Source of the DNA: Fibrobacteria bacterium
GTDB taxonomy: Bacteria; Fibrobacterota; Fibrobacteria; UBA11236
Reading direction: 5' to 3'
Assembly (NCBI GenBank): GCA_050486505.1
Contig: JBJHDK010000001.1
Coordinates: forward strand, 1 to 64,000
Length of the DNA: 64,000 nucleotides
Part shown: positions 8,911 to 18,961 of the stretch, one piece after another
Layout: the number at the start of each line of letters is the position of its first letter
Position numbering within the stretch: position 1 is the first letter of the stretch
Program-made: the position numbers and the translations under genes
The notes under the pieces: generated by a model
Told to the model about the DNA's origin: nothing
Database searches by the model: none
The model's input: the letters and a program-made list of their open reading frames with translations, nothing else

Positions 8911-10308
8911 GTGCCGCTCCAACGCCCCCAAACCCAGCTTTTGTACCCGGAGTTCCAGCAGGCGCTGGAGATCGGTGATGCGGAGGCGCTGGAGGCGTTG
9001 CGCGAGCAGTTGACCGACGAAGATCTCGCGGAACTGATCGACGAACTCGACCGGGACGCGCGCGCGGCGTTTCTCGCAAAGGTGCCCGCGGACAAGGCGG
9101 TCGAAATCTTCCAGCACCTCGACCTGAACGTGCAGCGCGAGACGCTGGAGGTGCTTTCTTCCTCGCGCGTGGCGGGGCTTCTCAACGAGATGGACGCCGA
9201 CGATCGCACGGCCCTGCTCGAGTCGCTGCCGATCCAGAAGACGAAGCATTTGCTCAGCTTCCTGCGGCCGCGCGAGAGGGCCCAGGCGCAGAAGCTCCTG
9301 GAGTTCCCCGAGGACAGCGTCGGCCGCCTCATGACCCCCGACTTTCTCGCCATCCGCAAGGAATGGACGGTGGGGCGTTCGCTCGACTACATCCGCTACA
9401 ACGGCGAGGACAAGGAAACGCTCAACGACATCTACGTCGTGGATCGCGACGGGCGCCTGCTCGACGACATCCCCATCCGCGAGTTCCTCCTGTCGCCGCC
9501 CGAGCGTCCCATCGCCGAGGTCATGGACGGCTACTACACGTCGCTGCGCGCGCTCGACCCGCAGGAGGAGGCCATCCCGGCCTTCAAGAAGTACAGCGCG
9601 CGCACGGCCTTGCCCGTCGTCGACGAGGACGGTCTGTTGCTCGGCATTGTGACCATCGACGACATCCTCCACCTCGAGGAGCGCGAGACCACCGAGGACA
9701 TCCAGCGCGCCGCCGCGGCCGCGCCCTTCGACGAATCCTACCTCGAGATTTCGTATCACAAGCTGCTGCGCAAGCGCGGCGTCTGGCTGATCGTGCTCTT
9801 CCTCGGCCAGATGCTCACCGCCTCGGCCATGGGCACCTACGAGGCCGAAATCGAATCGCTGGTCGTGCTCGCATTGTTCATCCCCCTGATCATCAGCAGC
9901 GGCGGCAACTCGGGCTCGCAGGCCGCAACCCTCGTCATCCGCGCGCTGGCGCTCGGAGAGGTCGCCTTCAAGGACGTGTGGAGGGTGCTGCGGCGTGAAC
10001 TGATGGTCGGCCTCGGTCTCGGGGCGATTTTGGGGGTGCTCGGATTGTTGCGCGTCGTGCTTTGGGGCACGATGTTCGAGTCCTACGGGGACCACTTTTT
10101 CCTGCTTGGCCTGGCCGTCGGCCTGGCCGTGATCTGCGTGGTGGCGTGGGGAAACATCATCGGATCCATGCTGCCGCTTTTCCTGCGTCGCTTCGGGCTC
10201 GATCCTGCGACGTCGTCCGCTCCCTTCGTCGCAACCTTCATCGACGTGACCGGGATCATCATCTACTTCAACATCGCCATGCTGGTGATGAGCGGGCGGG
10301 TGTTTTGA
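8911..10308 (+). CDS. mgtE: Magnesium transporter MgtE
   Basis: N domain, CBS pair (GRLMTPDF, LPVVD..GIVTIDD), SSGGNSGSQAATL, DPATSSAPFVATFIDVTG. Confidence 0.97.
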   Translation: MPLQRPQTQLLYPEFQQALEIGDAEALEALREQLTDEDLAELIDELDRDARAAFLAKVPADKAVEIFQHLDLNVQRETLEVLSSSRVAGLLNEMDADDRTALLESLPIQKTKHLLSFLRPRERAQAQKLLEFPEDSVGRLMTPDFLAIRKEWTVGRSLDYIRYNGEDKETLNDIYVVDRDGRLLDDIPIREFLLSPPERPIAEVMDGYYTSLRALDPQEEAIPAFKKYSARTALPVVDEDGLLLGIVTIDDILHLEERETTEDIQRAAAAAPFDESYLEISYHKLLRKRGVWLIVLFLGQMLTASAMGTYEAEIESLVVLALFIPLIISSGGNSGSQAATLVIRALALGEVAFKDVWRVLRRELMVGLGLGAILGVLGLLRVVLWGTMFESYGDHFFLLGLAVGLAVICVVAWGNIIGSMLPLFLRRFGLDPATSSAPFVATFIDVTGIIIYFNIAMLVMSGRVF

Positions 10309-10324
10309 CCCGGTCGGCGTCGCC

Positions 10325-10882
10325 ATGTCTTCGACCAACGACACCCTTTCGAATCTCCTGAACCATCTGTTTCCCGGCGCGCGCATCCTCGACATCGGTT
10401 GCGGCACGGGGCGTCATGCCATCGAATTGGCGGGACGGGGGTTCTCCGTGTGGGCCGTCGATATGGACGGGGACGCGGTGGAGACCGCCCGGGAACTTTC
10501 CGAAACGCAGGCGACCCTTCCCTCCTTCGCCGTCGCGCGAGGGGAGGCCCTGCCGTTCCGCGATGGCGCGTTCGATGCGGTGTCGTGCCTCGATGTGCTG
10601 CACTGGGCTCCTGATCAGGCGGTGTTCGACGCACTGTGGAGCGAGGTCTTGCGCGTGCTGGGAGCGGGGGGGCTCCTCGTTGCCCGGCTGCGGTGTCGCG
10701 ACGCCTTCCCCGACGCACTGTCCGTGGGAGGAGGACGCTTCCGTCTCGCTTCGGGGGCCGAATGGTTCCTGCCTTCCCGCGAAGACTTGCTTGCGCGGCT
10801 GAAGCGGTCGGGAGCGGATCCGGTCGGGTCGCCGGAGGCGGATTCGGAAGGGCGGGCTCTCGTCGTGGCGCGTCTCCACTGA
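10325..10882 (+). CDS. Class I SAM-dependent methyltransferase
   Basis: ILDIGCGTGRH, LPFRDGAFDAV, RVLGAGG. Confidence 0.88.
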   Translation: MSSTNDTLSNLLNHLFPGARILDIGCGTGRHAIELAGRGFSVWAVDMDGDAVETARELSETQATLPSFAVARGEALPFRDGAFDAVSCLDVLHWAPDQAVFDALWSEVLRVLGAGGLLVARLRCRDAFPDALSVGGGRFRLASGAEWFLPSREDLLARLKRSGADPVGSPEADSEGRALVVARLH

Positions 10883-10918
10883 CGTGCCGGGGATCGCGTC
10901 CATTCCCGTGAAGCAACA

Positions 10919-10945
10919 GAAAAGCCCCCGCTTGCGGCGGAGGCT
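10919..10945 (-). terminator. Rho-independent terminator between convergent genes
   Basis: AGCCCCCGC..GCGGAGGCT stem; TTTTCTG follows on the minus strand. Confidence 0.55.
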
Positions 10946-10968
10946 GTCCTGCATCCGTGCCCTGAGGG

Positions 10969-12084
10969 TCAGATTCCGATCATCACCCCGAGGCTCGCCG
11001 TCGGGTACTTGGCGAAGCTGTAGTCGGCGTTGATGTTGAGCACCATCAGGCGGATGCCCAGGCCCACGGTGGTGCGGAAGCTGTTCTCGCCATCGATGGT
11101 GAAGTCGACAGGAAGCTCCTCGGATGCGCCCGTCAAGGGGTCGGTGTAGGAGTAGGTGTATTCGAAATCGAGCGAGGAGGACTCATACATGAGCCCGCCG
11201 TAGGGTGTCAGGTTCAGGAAACGCCAGCCGAACTGCTTGCTGACATTGAGCCCGTAGGCGTTGGAGCGGGCCTCGAACAGATCCCCAACCTTCAGGCTTT
11301 GGGTGAAGTAGCCGATGCTGAGGTCGACCGGTAGCTTGGTGCCGAGCCAGACCGACGGGTTGTGTTGGATGCCGAAGCCGAAAAACTCCACGTCGCCGAT
11401 TTCATCGGTCGTTGAAACCGTGGGCATCCAACGCAAGGTCAGGTTGGTGCCGTACACGGTGCCCAAGGTGATCTGCGGTGCAAAGAGGGGGAGTGCGGGG
11501 AGATCGCGGAGGATGCCGTTGACGCCGGCAAGTTCGATGGTGTCGCCGGGGACCTCGACGGCGAAGGTGGTGTCTCCCGAACCGCCTGGGGCGTTGTTCG
11601 GCACGGTGACGTTCATGGTCGAAGGGGCCAGGAACACCTTCATGTTGTCGGAGGATCCGATCACCGTGGGGCCGGCGAAGCGGACGTTGTTGTCGTTGCG
11701 AGAGAGAGCTGCGGCGACCGAGTCGCGGATCATTTCGCCTTGGCCGTAGGTGCCGCTGGTATCGATTTGATTGGCGATATCCCGGGAGAACGTCGAGTCG
11801 AAGCGGAAGGTGCCGTTCACATCGATGGTCTTGGAGCCGCCGCTGAGCAAGGCGCCCATGAACACGGCTCCTCCTTCGAAGTGAATGCCGAACTTCGTGG
11901 CTTTGGGGGCCTTGTTGTACCAGCCGGCATTCATGTTGGCGCCGAAGGCAGAGGTGATGGGCTTGACGTACTCCTGCGCGGCGGTGCCGGTCAGCTGCGA
12001 AATGGTTTCAGCGAGATCTTGCGCCTTGGGCACCGAAACGGCGAGCGTCGCGAAGGCAAGGCTGCAGGTGAGAATTCGTTTCAT
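10969..12084 (-). CDS. Exported outer-membrane protein (DUF6588-like)
   Basis: AAGGAG RBS; signal peptide MKRILTCSLAFA; FGANMNAGWY, LRWMP, FGFGIQH; beta-strand-rich C-terminus. Confidence 0.75.
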   Translation of the reverse strand: MKRILTCSLAFATLAVSVPKAQDLAETISQLTGTAAQEYVKPITSAFGANMNAGWYNKAPKATKFGIHFEGGAVFMGALLSGGSKTIDVNGTFRFDSTFSRDIANQIDTSGTYGQGEMIRDSVAAALSRNDNNVRFAGPTVIGSSDNMKVFLAPSTMNVTVPNNAPGGSGDTTFAVEVPGDTIELAGVNGILRDLPALPLFAPQITLGTVYGTNLTLRWMPTVSTTDEIGDVEFFGFGIQHNPSVWLGTKLPVDLSIGYFTQSLKVGDLFEARSNAYGLNVSKQFGWRFLNLTPYGGLMYESSSLDFEYTYSYTDPLTGASEELPVDFTIDGENSFRTTVGLGIRLMVLNINADYSFAKYPTASLGVMIGI

Positions 12085-12219
12085 GAACAACTCCTTGGGA
12101 TGTGGAATCTTTCCGGTCGCGTCGCGAAGATGATCACGGCGGAGCCGTCTCCTGCTGGAACGGGTCAAGCATAGCGTAATGTTACGTGGTGTCACAAGCC
12201 CGGATTCCAGGTTTTTTTG

Positions 12220-14667
12220 TCAATATGGCGCGCCGAAGGCGAGCCGCATCGATCCGTAGGCACCCCAGCCGTCCCCGCCGGGACTCCATCCCATGCGGAA
12301 GGTGAACTGGTACAGGTTGCGTCCCTCGTGGGCGCGGTACCGCAAGGCCCCCCCCATGCGCTGAACATGTTCCGGCCCGAGAGGCCAATCTTCGCGCCAC
12401 ATGCTCGGCCCCGCATAGAATCCGTAGCCCAGCGCTCCCAAGGCCTCGAATCGCGAGAAAAACATCGCGTTGTCCTTGCGAAAGGCGTTTTTCACCATTT
12501 CACTGAGCACTCCCTTGCCGGAAATTTCCTCACGACTGATGAAGTCGGTGGAGTCGCCGATGAGCGCGAACAGCATGGAACTATCCGTGCCCGCCATCAC
12601 TTGCTGGATGTGGCCGGTGACTTCCATCTCGATCCAGGAAAAGGGCGAATTGGGGAAGTGCCATTCTCCGTTGATCCGGCTGTAGAGGCCCCCTGAAACG
12701 ACCCTTGGCGCCGGAGAACGAAAGACCAGGCCCAGGTCGGCCCACAGGGTGCGGCCCTGCTCTTCCGCTTTCCTTCCCATCAGGTTGCCGCCGAAGAACA
12801 CGAACGGGGGGCCTTTGTAGAACCAGTACGAGTAGGGGATGGTCCCGTAGGTGAAATTGGGAGAGTAGAGGCCGATGCGACCGGTTCCGAAGTCGGCCGT
12901 TGCCGTCCACGCGGTGTATTCGCCGTGAACCCGGGTTTCGAGCATCCAGTGCGCTCCGGTCGGCTCCGGATCGGCAAGGAACGTCACCCATTGCTCCGTG
13001 CTCTTGCCACCGGCGTCGAAGGCCATGATGCGGGCGGGATAGATTCCCGGATGGTCGGGCTCGAAGGACAGGCGCGTTCCATCCCAGTGCAGGGGGCTTT
13101 CTTCGGGGAGGTCGAGGCGGAACGTGACGGGTTCTCCCTCGGGGTCCAGTGCGATGGGGCGATAACGTCGGGGGTTCCCTCCGACCACGGTCTTCCACTC
13201 GGCAAGTTCCGAAACGAACTCCGGTGGCAAGTCTTCCTTGACGGGGATTTCGACGCTCTGTGTCAGGGAGATCCCCTGGGCTTCGAAGCGAAACTCGAGA
13301 GGGTGGGATCCGTGGGCCATGGGACGGATCCGCAAGGTGTCCCCGACGAGCCGCGTGCTGTCGGGGCCGGTGATGTTGAGCAGTTGGATGCCCTGCCCCT
13401 TCCAGGCCGCGACCAAGGTTCCCATGCGCCACACATACGCCCGGCCCTGCATCAAGGTATCCCAGGGAAGCTCGATGCGAACCTCCTCGGAAAGCAGCGC
13501 GTGTTCGCGGGCCACCACTTGCAGGGTGTAGCCGAAGCTTTGGCGCGCCCCCAGCGGGTCGGTGACGGACAGTGCGAAGGATTGCCGGGTGCCCGCCTGA
13601 TCCGGCGCGGGCGTCCACCGCAGCAGGAGGCTGTCGGGGTTGAAGGTCATTCCCCGGGCCAGCGAATCGGCTTCCACGCGCAGCATGTGCCCTGGGTGAT
13701 CCGGGTCTGCGGGGACGGGACGAAAGACCCATTCGCGTTCCGCAACCACGGAAGGGGGAGGATCTCCCGCGATGACGGGGGGCTGGTTGGAGCGGAAGCG
13801 CAACACGAAGTGGAGGGTATCCTTCACGCCCGCGCGGTTGCGCACCTCGGCGATGAGCGGCCAGCGCCCGGCGGCCTGCGGGCGGCCGCTCAACGTGTGG
13901 GTGGCCGCGTTCCAGGTGACCCCCGGCGGCATGAGGTCCCCGTAGAGCCGGTACTGCAGGGTATCGGAGGGCTCGGTGGGATCCACGGCCCACACCTGGA
14001 ACGAGAACGGCTGGTTCAGAAAATGGGAGACGGTGTCCGGGGGGACGGAGATGAAGCGCGGCTGCCCGGAAGGAGCCACGGGACGCACGTCGAAAAAGCG
14101 CAACTGGTCGAGCAGTTCGGGCGGGGCGAGCATCGTCAGGTTGCCGTCGCGGAAGACGAAGGTGAGCTGGCTGGCGGCGGGCGAACCCCCGAAGTTTTCC
14201 TCGAGGACGCGCAGCATTTGCGCGCCGAGTTCGAACGCCTTGCGCTGGCGGCCGTTCACGAGCTTCGAGCGCTCGTCCCAGGACGCGTAGCTGGCCCGGC
14301 CCTGCACGCGCACCACCGGTGCCGCGCGCAGGTTCTCGAGCGCTCCCTCCGCCTGCAGCGTCGCCCAGACGTCGCCGTCGATGAGCACGGCCTTGTCGGC
14401 GAAGCGGATGATATCGTTCTGCCCCAGCCCGGTGTTCAGGTCGTGGACGAGAAAAACCGGTTGCCCGCGGGCCTTGAAGCGGCCGGCAAGGCGCTCCCCG
14501 ATGCGCGTGTCGCCCAAGGTGACGATGCCGTAATGGTTGAGCGCCTCCTCGCCGTTGCGCGCATGCGCGGCGTCTGTCGCGAAAAGAGCGGCCAAGCACA
14601 GGGCGAGCGGGGTTCGCATGGCCGCAAGGAAGGCAACGAACCCCCTGGCGGAGGCGTGGACAGGCAT
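12220..14667 (-). CDS. Large exported protein with Ig-like (He_PIG/cadherin-like) repeats and aromatic beta-rich C-terminal region
   Basis: Signal peptide; repeats such as PPGVTWNAATHTLSGRP..AG, NQPPVI..PADPD, GMTFNP..LRWTP, ALDPEGEPVTF; TGATG coupling (alternative start 14619). Confidence 0.75.
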   Translation of the reverse strand: MPVHASARGFVAFLAAMRTPLALCLAALFATDAAHARNGEEALNHYGIVTLGDTRIGERLAGRFKARGQPVFLVHDLNTGLGQNDIIRFADKAVLIDGDVWATLQAEGALENLRAAPVVRVQGRASYASWDERSKLVNGRQRKAFELGAQMLRVLEENFGGSPAASQLTFVFRDGNLTMLAPPELLDQLRFFDVRPVAPSGQPRFISVPPDTVSHFLNQPFSFQVWAVDPTEPSDTLQYRLYGDLMPPGVTWNAATHTLSGRPQAAGRWPLIAEVRNRAGVKDTLHFVLRFRSNQPPVIAGDPPPSVVAEREWVFRPVPADPDHPGHMLRVEADSLARGMTFNPDSLLLRWTPAPDQAGTRQSFALSVTDPLGARQSFGYTLQVVAREHALLSEEVRIELPWDTLMQGRAYVWRMGTLVAAWKGQGIQLLNITGPDSTRLVGDTLRIRPMAHGSHPLEFRFEAQGISLTQSVEIPVKEDLPPEFVSELAEWKTVVGGNPRRYRPIALDPEGEPVTFRLDLPEESPLHWDGTRLSFEPDHPGIYPARIMAFDAGGKSTEQWVTFLADPEPTGAHWMLETRVHGEYTAWTATADFGTGRIGLYSPNFTYGTIPYSYWFYKGPPFVFFGGNLMGRKAEEQGRTLWADLGLVFRSPAPRVVSGGLYSRINGEWHFPNSPFSWIEMEVTGHIQQVMAGTDSSMLFALIGDSTDFISREEISGKGVLSEMVKNAFRKDNAMFFSRFEALGALGYGFYAGPSMWREDWPLGPEHVQRMGGALRYRAHEGRNLYQFTFRMGWSPGGDGWGAYGSMRLAFGAPY

Positions 14668-15212
14668 CAGTACCCTCGCTCCCTCTTCGTCCATGCCCGG
14701 AACTCGCGTTCCAGTTCGACGGAGGTCGGGTGCGCGCCGTAGTCCACCGTGTCGCCGCCCACGAACCACTCGTTTTCGCGCTCGCTCCACAGTAGCGTGC
14801 CCCTTCGGAAGGTGCGCACGGCACCGGCCTGCTGCACGCGCAAGGCGACGAAATTTCCTCCCGCGGGGGTGTGGCGGACAACGATCAGGTTGTCGCCGTC
14901 GTGAGCGGCCGCCTCGATCCAGACGCGGTCGTCGGCTTGCGTCAGGGTGGCGCGCACGTCGCGCAATCCGAATGCCACCCGGTAGGGGAGCACCTCCTCG
15001 TTTTCGTCGGCGTTGTCCAGGACGTGAGCCGCCTGGCGTTTCCAGTACTGGTCGACGGCGGCGCTCTCGGTCTTGATCCTGTCGAGGCTGACGACGGGAA
15101 CGAGAAAGACCACGCGCAGCAGCAGCAGCACGGTGATGACCGTGAGCACCTCCTCGAAGGAGATGCCGTCGCCCATTGCGGCGAAGCCGCTGCGTGCGCG
15201 CCTTCGACGCAT
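14667..15212 (-). CDS. Single-TM ExbD/MotB-like protein
   Basis: MRRRRAR..SFEEVLTVITVLLLLRVVFLVP followed by a soluble domain; coupled to the MotA/ExbB-like gene. Confidence 0.6.
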   Translation of the reverse strand: MRRRRARSGFAAMGDGISFEEVLTVITVLLLLRVVFLVPVVSLDRIKTESAAVDQYWKRQAAHVLDNADENEEVLPYRVAFGLRDVRATLTQADDRVWIEAAAHDGDNLIVVRHTPAGGNFVALRVQQAGAVRTFRRGTLLWSERENEWFVGGDTVDYGAHPTSVELEREFRAWTKRERGY

Positions 15213-16336
15213 CAGGCCCCCCCGCGGGGCGGCTTGCCGGAGCCGGTGGCGTCGCCGTCACCGCCCTCCTCGGTCGGGGGTTTCTCAAGTCGGGCGCGGA
15301 ACATGCGTTCGTAGTCGGAAAGCTCCGCCATGTGCCGGTTCACCAGCGACTGGACGCGGTCGACCTGGTCGAGTTGCGACGAGGCGATGCGCATGGCTTC
15401 CGCGATGTCGCCCAGCTGTTTTTGCGGAGGCGCGACGTTCCCCGCGAATCCGCCGCTGCCGCTTCCACCGCCGTATCCGTCGCCGTACCCGTAGCCACCC
15501 CCGCCTCCACCCCCGTGCATCGCGGGAGACCGGCGCGAGATGGCGGGCTGCAGCGTGAGCGCGTTCCAGTCGTTGACGTGCGAGTGAACCAGTTCGAAAT
15601 CGAGCAGGGTGCGCTCGATCATCTGCAGCGTCAGAAACTCCACGAGCACCGAGATGCCCATCGCAACGAGGGTGCTGAGGATGGCGTACTGGTCGGCATC
15701 GATCACGAGGGCGATGTCCTGCACGAAGCGCAGCTCGCCATCGGCTTCGGAGAGGCCGAGCACGGCGCGTTTCATGGGCGGGAAGGTCAGGATGATGCCG
15801 ATGAGCGTTCCCAGGAAGCCGAGCTTCAGCGTGGTGCGGTTGATCAGCATGTGCAGCGAAAGCATGCGGTTGTCTTCCACCGCCTGTTGCTCCAGCGCGT
15901 TCTCGAGCAGGGTCTGGTGCCCCTCCCGCACCCCGCGCCGGGCCAGGTCGAGCCAGCGCAGCATCAGGTCGCGGAGGGGCCCGGCAGGCACCTGTTTCAG
16001 GGCCTCGCCCAACGCTTCGGGGTCGGGGTCATCGCCCGCGGCGGCCAGGGTCGCGAGCGTTGCGTCGGCACTGGCCAGCACGGGACGCATGCGCGCGAAT
16101 TGCACAAGGGCCGTGATTTGCCCGGCGGCGAACACGAGGAAGATCAGGCCCAGGAAGAGGCTCAGGAAGGCGTTCTGGAAAAGCAGGATGTTGGCGACGA
16201 GCATTGCCCCGCCCACGACCAGCATGACCGGCACGGGCAGGATGATGCCGAGGAGCATCTTGGTGCGGATGCGCCTGAGCGCGCGCCGCGCGTTCTCGAC
16301 CGGGGGGGAAAGCAGGGAAGGGGAGGTTTTGCTCAT
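15212..16336 (-). CDS. MotA/TolQ/ExbB proton-channel family protein
   Basis: KLGFLGTLIGII and AILSTLVAMGIS helices; two N-terminal TMs; Gly-rich C-terminal tail. Confidence 0.8.
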   Translation of the reverse strand: MSKTSPSLLSPPVENARRALRRIRTKMLLGIILPVPVMLVVGGAMLVANILLFQNAFLSLFLGLIFLVFAAGQITALVQFARMRPVLASADATLATLAAAGDDPDPEALGEALKQVPAGPLRDLMLRWLDLARRGVREGHQTLLENALEQQAVEDNRMLSLHMLINRTTLKLGFLGTLIGIILTFPPMKRAVLGLSEADGELRFVQDIALVIDADQYAILSTLVAMGISVLVEFLTLQMIERTLLDFELVHSHVNDWNALTLQPAISRRSPAMHGGGGGGGYGYGDGYGGGSGSGGFAGNVAPPQKQLGDIAEAMRIASSQLDQVDRVQSLVNRHMAELSDYERMFRARLEKPPTEEGGDGDATGSGKPPRGGA

Positions 16337-17637
16337 CGGAATGTTTCTCCGGGGCGCAGGAACGGGCTGTCCAGCCTGAGACTGGCGCCCGCGCCGAGGT
16401 GGAAGGTCTGCGGATCGCGGTACGCCGCATCAAGACGGAGGAAGAAAAAACGCATGGAGGTGTGGCCGAGCCACGGGCCGAACCCCAGGCGCAGGGGGAG
16501 AAGGTCGAGCCGCAGCCGGGTGTGCGCCGTGCCGCGCGTGGCCACGAAACCGAACCCCCACTCTCCGAAGGGGGCCGACAGTCCATCGAAGAACAGCTCA
16601 TGAATGGGAGCGCGATAGACGTCGCGGTCGAAGTGTGCGGAATAATGGATGGCCCCCATTTTGACGTGGATGGCGTGGGCGACGTTTCCCCTCTCGGGCT
16701 GGCGGTCCCCGCCTTCGCGCCAGTTGCGCATGACCACGCCGTCGCGGTACTCGACGGTATCGGAAACAAGGGGATCTCCCGCGATTTCGCGCCCCAGCTT
16801 GTAGCTGCCGGCGCCCGCCTCGTGGTCGAGCCAGTAGTAGCGCGCATAGGGACGGCCGGCCTGGGAAATTTCCCACTTCACGCCGGGGACTCCCAAGGCG
16901 ATGTGCCACCAATAGTGGCGCTTGTCCCAGCCGTTCCAGCCGGTTGCGGTGTCGAAGGGGTTGTAGAGGTTCCGGTGCAGGCCGCCGCCGTGCCGGCTCA
17001 TGTGCCCGCCGCCTTCGAGATGCAGCCAGGGTTCCGGATGCATCGTCAGCACAGCGCTGCGGTGGTAGTCCACGGCAGCGCTGGCATTCTTGAAGACCGA
17101 CGTGGCGATGCGCGTTTCCAGATCGAGGCCCGTCTTCCACTGGAACGGTTCGAGCGGGGCGTTCGGGTTCCAGAAGTTGCGCCATAACCGGGCGCCGATG
17201 CTGCGCGTCATGGTGCCCGATCCCGAGGCCGCGCCCCGGCGGATCCTGATCCCCAGTTCCGTGAGGTCTGCCCCATGCAGGTTGCCGACCTGGGTGCCCT
17301 CGCGGAGCAAAATCATGTTGCGCTGCCCGTCCCCGTACATCAGCAACTGGTAGCGGCCGACCTCCGGCTCGCCTTCGAGCCCGGCCAGCATCCAAAGCTC
17401 CTGCGTGACCTCGGGGTCGTCGATCTCGTAGAGTTCGAATCCGGATTGGGCGGGCAGGCCGGGCACGGAATCATCCGGGGAGGGAACCGGGGGGGGCTCG
17501 CGAAGGAAATCCTCCGTCAGGGATCCGTTTCCCGTCGCCATGTCGTTCAGGGGGGCGGCTGGGGTTTCTTCGCCCCACACCCCGGGAACAGATGCGACGC
17601 AGCAAAGCAGCATCGTCGCGGCAGGCAACAGACGCAT
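16333..17637 (-). CDS. Hypothetical exported protein, possibly outer-membrane (start uncertain; ORF open to 17721)
   Basis: Signal-like MRLLPAATMLLCCVAS; W/Y/G-rich amphipathic strands; ATGA overlap with downstream gene. Confidence 0.65.
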   Translation of the reverse strand: MRLLPAATMLLCCVASVPGVWGEETPAAPLNDMATGNGSLTEDFLREPPPVPSPDDSVPGLPAQSGFELYEIDDPEVTQELWMLAGLEGEPEVGRYQLLMYGDGQRNMILLREGTQVGNLHGADLTELGIRIRRGAASGSGTMTRSIGARLWRNFWNPNAPLEPFQWKTGLDLETRIATSVFKNASAAVDYHRSAVLTMHPEPWLHLEGGGHMSRHGGGLHRNLYNPFDTATGWNGWDKRHYWWHIALGVPGVKWEISQAGRPYARYYWLDHEAGAGSYKLGREIAGDPLVSDTVEYRDGVVMRNWREGGDRQPERGNVAHAIHVKMGAIHYSAHFDRDVYRAPIHELFFDGLSAPFGEWGFGFVATRGTAHTRLRLDLLPLRLGFGPWLGHTSMRFFFLRLDAAYRDPQTFHLGAGASLRLDSPFLRPGETFR

Positions 17638-17874
17638 GCGTTGCAAGGCGCGCGGGGCGTCCTGATGGGAAAAAATCACTGTTCTGCCGGTTTCTTGTGC
17701 GTTCATCCCACGCCCGTTCACATGCCCGGAAGGTGGTGAAGACGGAACGCGAAAAAGTTCGCCTAATATACGGCCAACACGTTGATTTTACTGGATGAAT
17801 CTCCGGCTCTTGCCCTGAAACGGTGTTTTTCGGCTTTGCTACCATTGCCCCCGTTGCCAGAAAAAGGAGTGAAA

Positions 17875-18864
17875 ATGACCCAAGGTCCCGTGACCGTGGG
17901 GGCGGGTGCCGCCCTGATGGACTTGCTGTTGGAAGAGAAGGATGAATATCTCGGGCGCCTGGGCGCAGAAAAGGGGGGAATGACCCTCGTTGAAGCACCC
18001 GCGATCCAGAACGCCCTCAAAAATGCGACAGGCAGCATCAAGTCGGCCCCCGGCGGATCGGCCTCGAATACGTTGGTTGGCCTCGGTAATCTCGGTGCCC
18101 GCGCCCGCATGATCGGACGCGTCGGGAAGGACGAACTCGGGCAACAGTTTCGCGCGGGCCTGCGCAATGCCGGTGTCGAGGAGCGGCTGCGCGAGGCGGA
18201 TGACGCATCCACCGGGCACGTTCTCTCCGTCGTGACGCCCGATGCCCAGCGCACCATGTTCACCTATTTGGGGGCTTCTTCGGGCCTGGGGCCGCAAGAT
18301 CTCGATGACTCGGATTTCTCGGACGCCAACATGCTCCACCTCGAGGGGTACCTGTTGTTCAATCGTCCCTTGGTCGATCGTTTGCTGGAACTCGCGCGCA
18401 AGCATCACGCCAAGATCGCTCTCGATCTCGGATCCTTTCAGGTCGTGCAGGCCATGCGTGAATATCTCGACGAGCTGTTCGCGAAGGGCCACATCGACGT
18501 GTTGCTGGCCAACGAGGACGAGGCGCGTGCGTACACGGGGCTTGGCGAGTCGGAGTCGCTCGCGCAATTCGCCGACAAGGTCGAAACCGCTGTCGTCAAG
18601 CGCGGAAAGCACGGCGCCCTGATCGCCCGTGATGGCCATAACCTCGACATCCTTGCCCACCCCGTGAAGGCGGTCGATACCACCGGCGCGGGCGACCTGT
18701 GGGCTTCGGGCTTCCTGTACGGCCTCAATCATGGCCTCTCGCTCGAGAGTTCCGCCAGCCTCGGGGCGAAAATCGGTTCCGAGGTGGTGCAGGTTCTTGG
18801 CGCCGTCATTCCTCCCGAAGGCTGGGGCAGGGTGAGGGAGTACAGGGAGAAGATGGGGAAGTGA
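17875..18864 (+). CDS. PfkB-family carbohydrate/adenosine kinase
   Basis: PGGSASNT, QRTMFTYLGA, LEGYL, ANEDEA, DTTGAGD; AAGGAG RBS. Confidence 0.92.
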   Translation: MTQGPVTVGAGAALMDLLLEEKDEYLGRLGAEKGGMTLVEAPAIQNALKNATGSIKSAPGGSASNTLVGLGNLGARARMIGRVGKDELGQQFRAGLRNAGVEERLREADDASTGHVLSVVTPDAQRTMFTYLGASSGLGPQDLDDSDFSDANMLHLEGYLLFNRPLVDRLLELARKHHAKIALDLGSFQVVQAMREYLDELFAKGHIDVLLANEDEARAYTGLGESESLAQFADKVETAVVKRGKHGALIARDGHNLDILAHPVKAVDTTGAGDLWASGFLYGLNHGLSLESSASLGAKIGSEVVQVLGAVIPPEGWGRVREYREKMGK

Positions 18865-18960
18865 GCAGTGAACAGTGAGCAGTGAGCAGTGAGCAGTACG
18901 GCAATAGGAAAGAGTGAGGTTACGTCGGAGCGTTCCGCTCTATTGTTGTACTGCTGCCCC
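18861..18960. repeat. Heptamer array (GTGAGCA) plus inverted octamer-type arm
   Basis: gtgagcagtgaacagtgagcagtgagcagtgagcagtacggcaatag ... ctattgttgtactgctgc. Confidence 0.7.
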
Positions 18961-18961
18961 G

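Noticed and set aside
12220..16336. Zorya anti-phage system
   Set aside because: The MotB-like protein has no recognisable OmpA domain, the MotA-like tail is short, and no ZorC/D/E genes are present.
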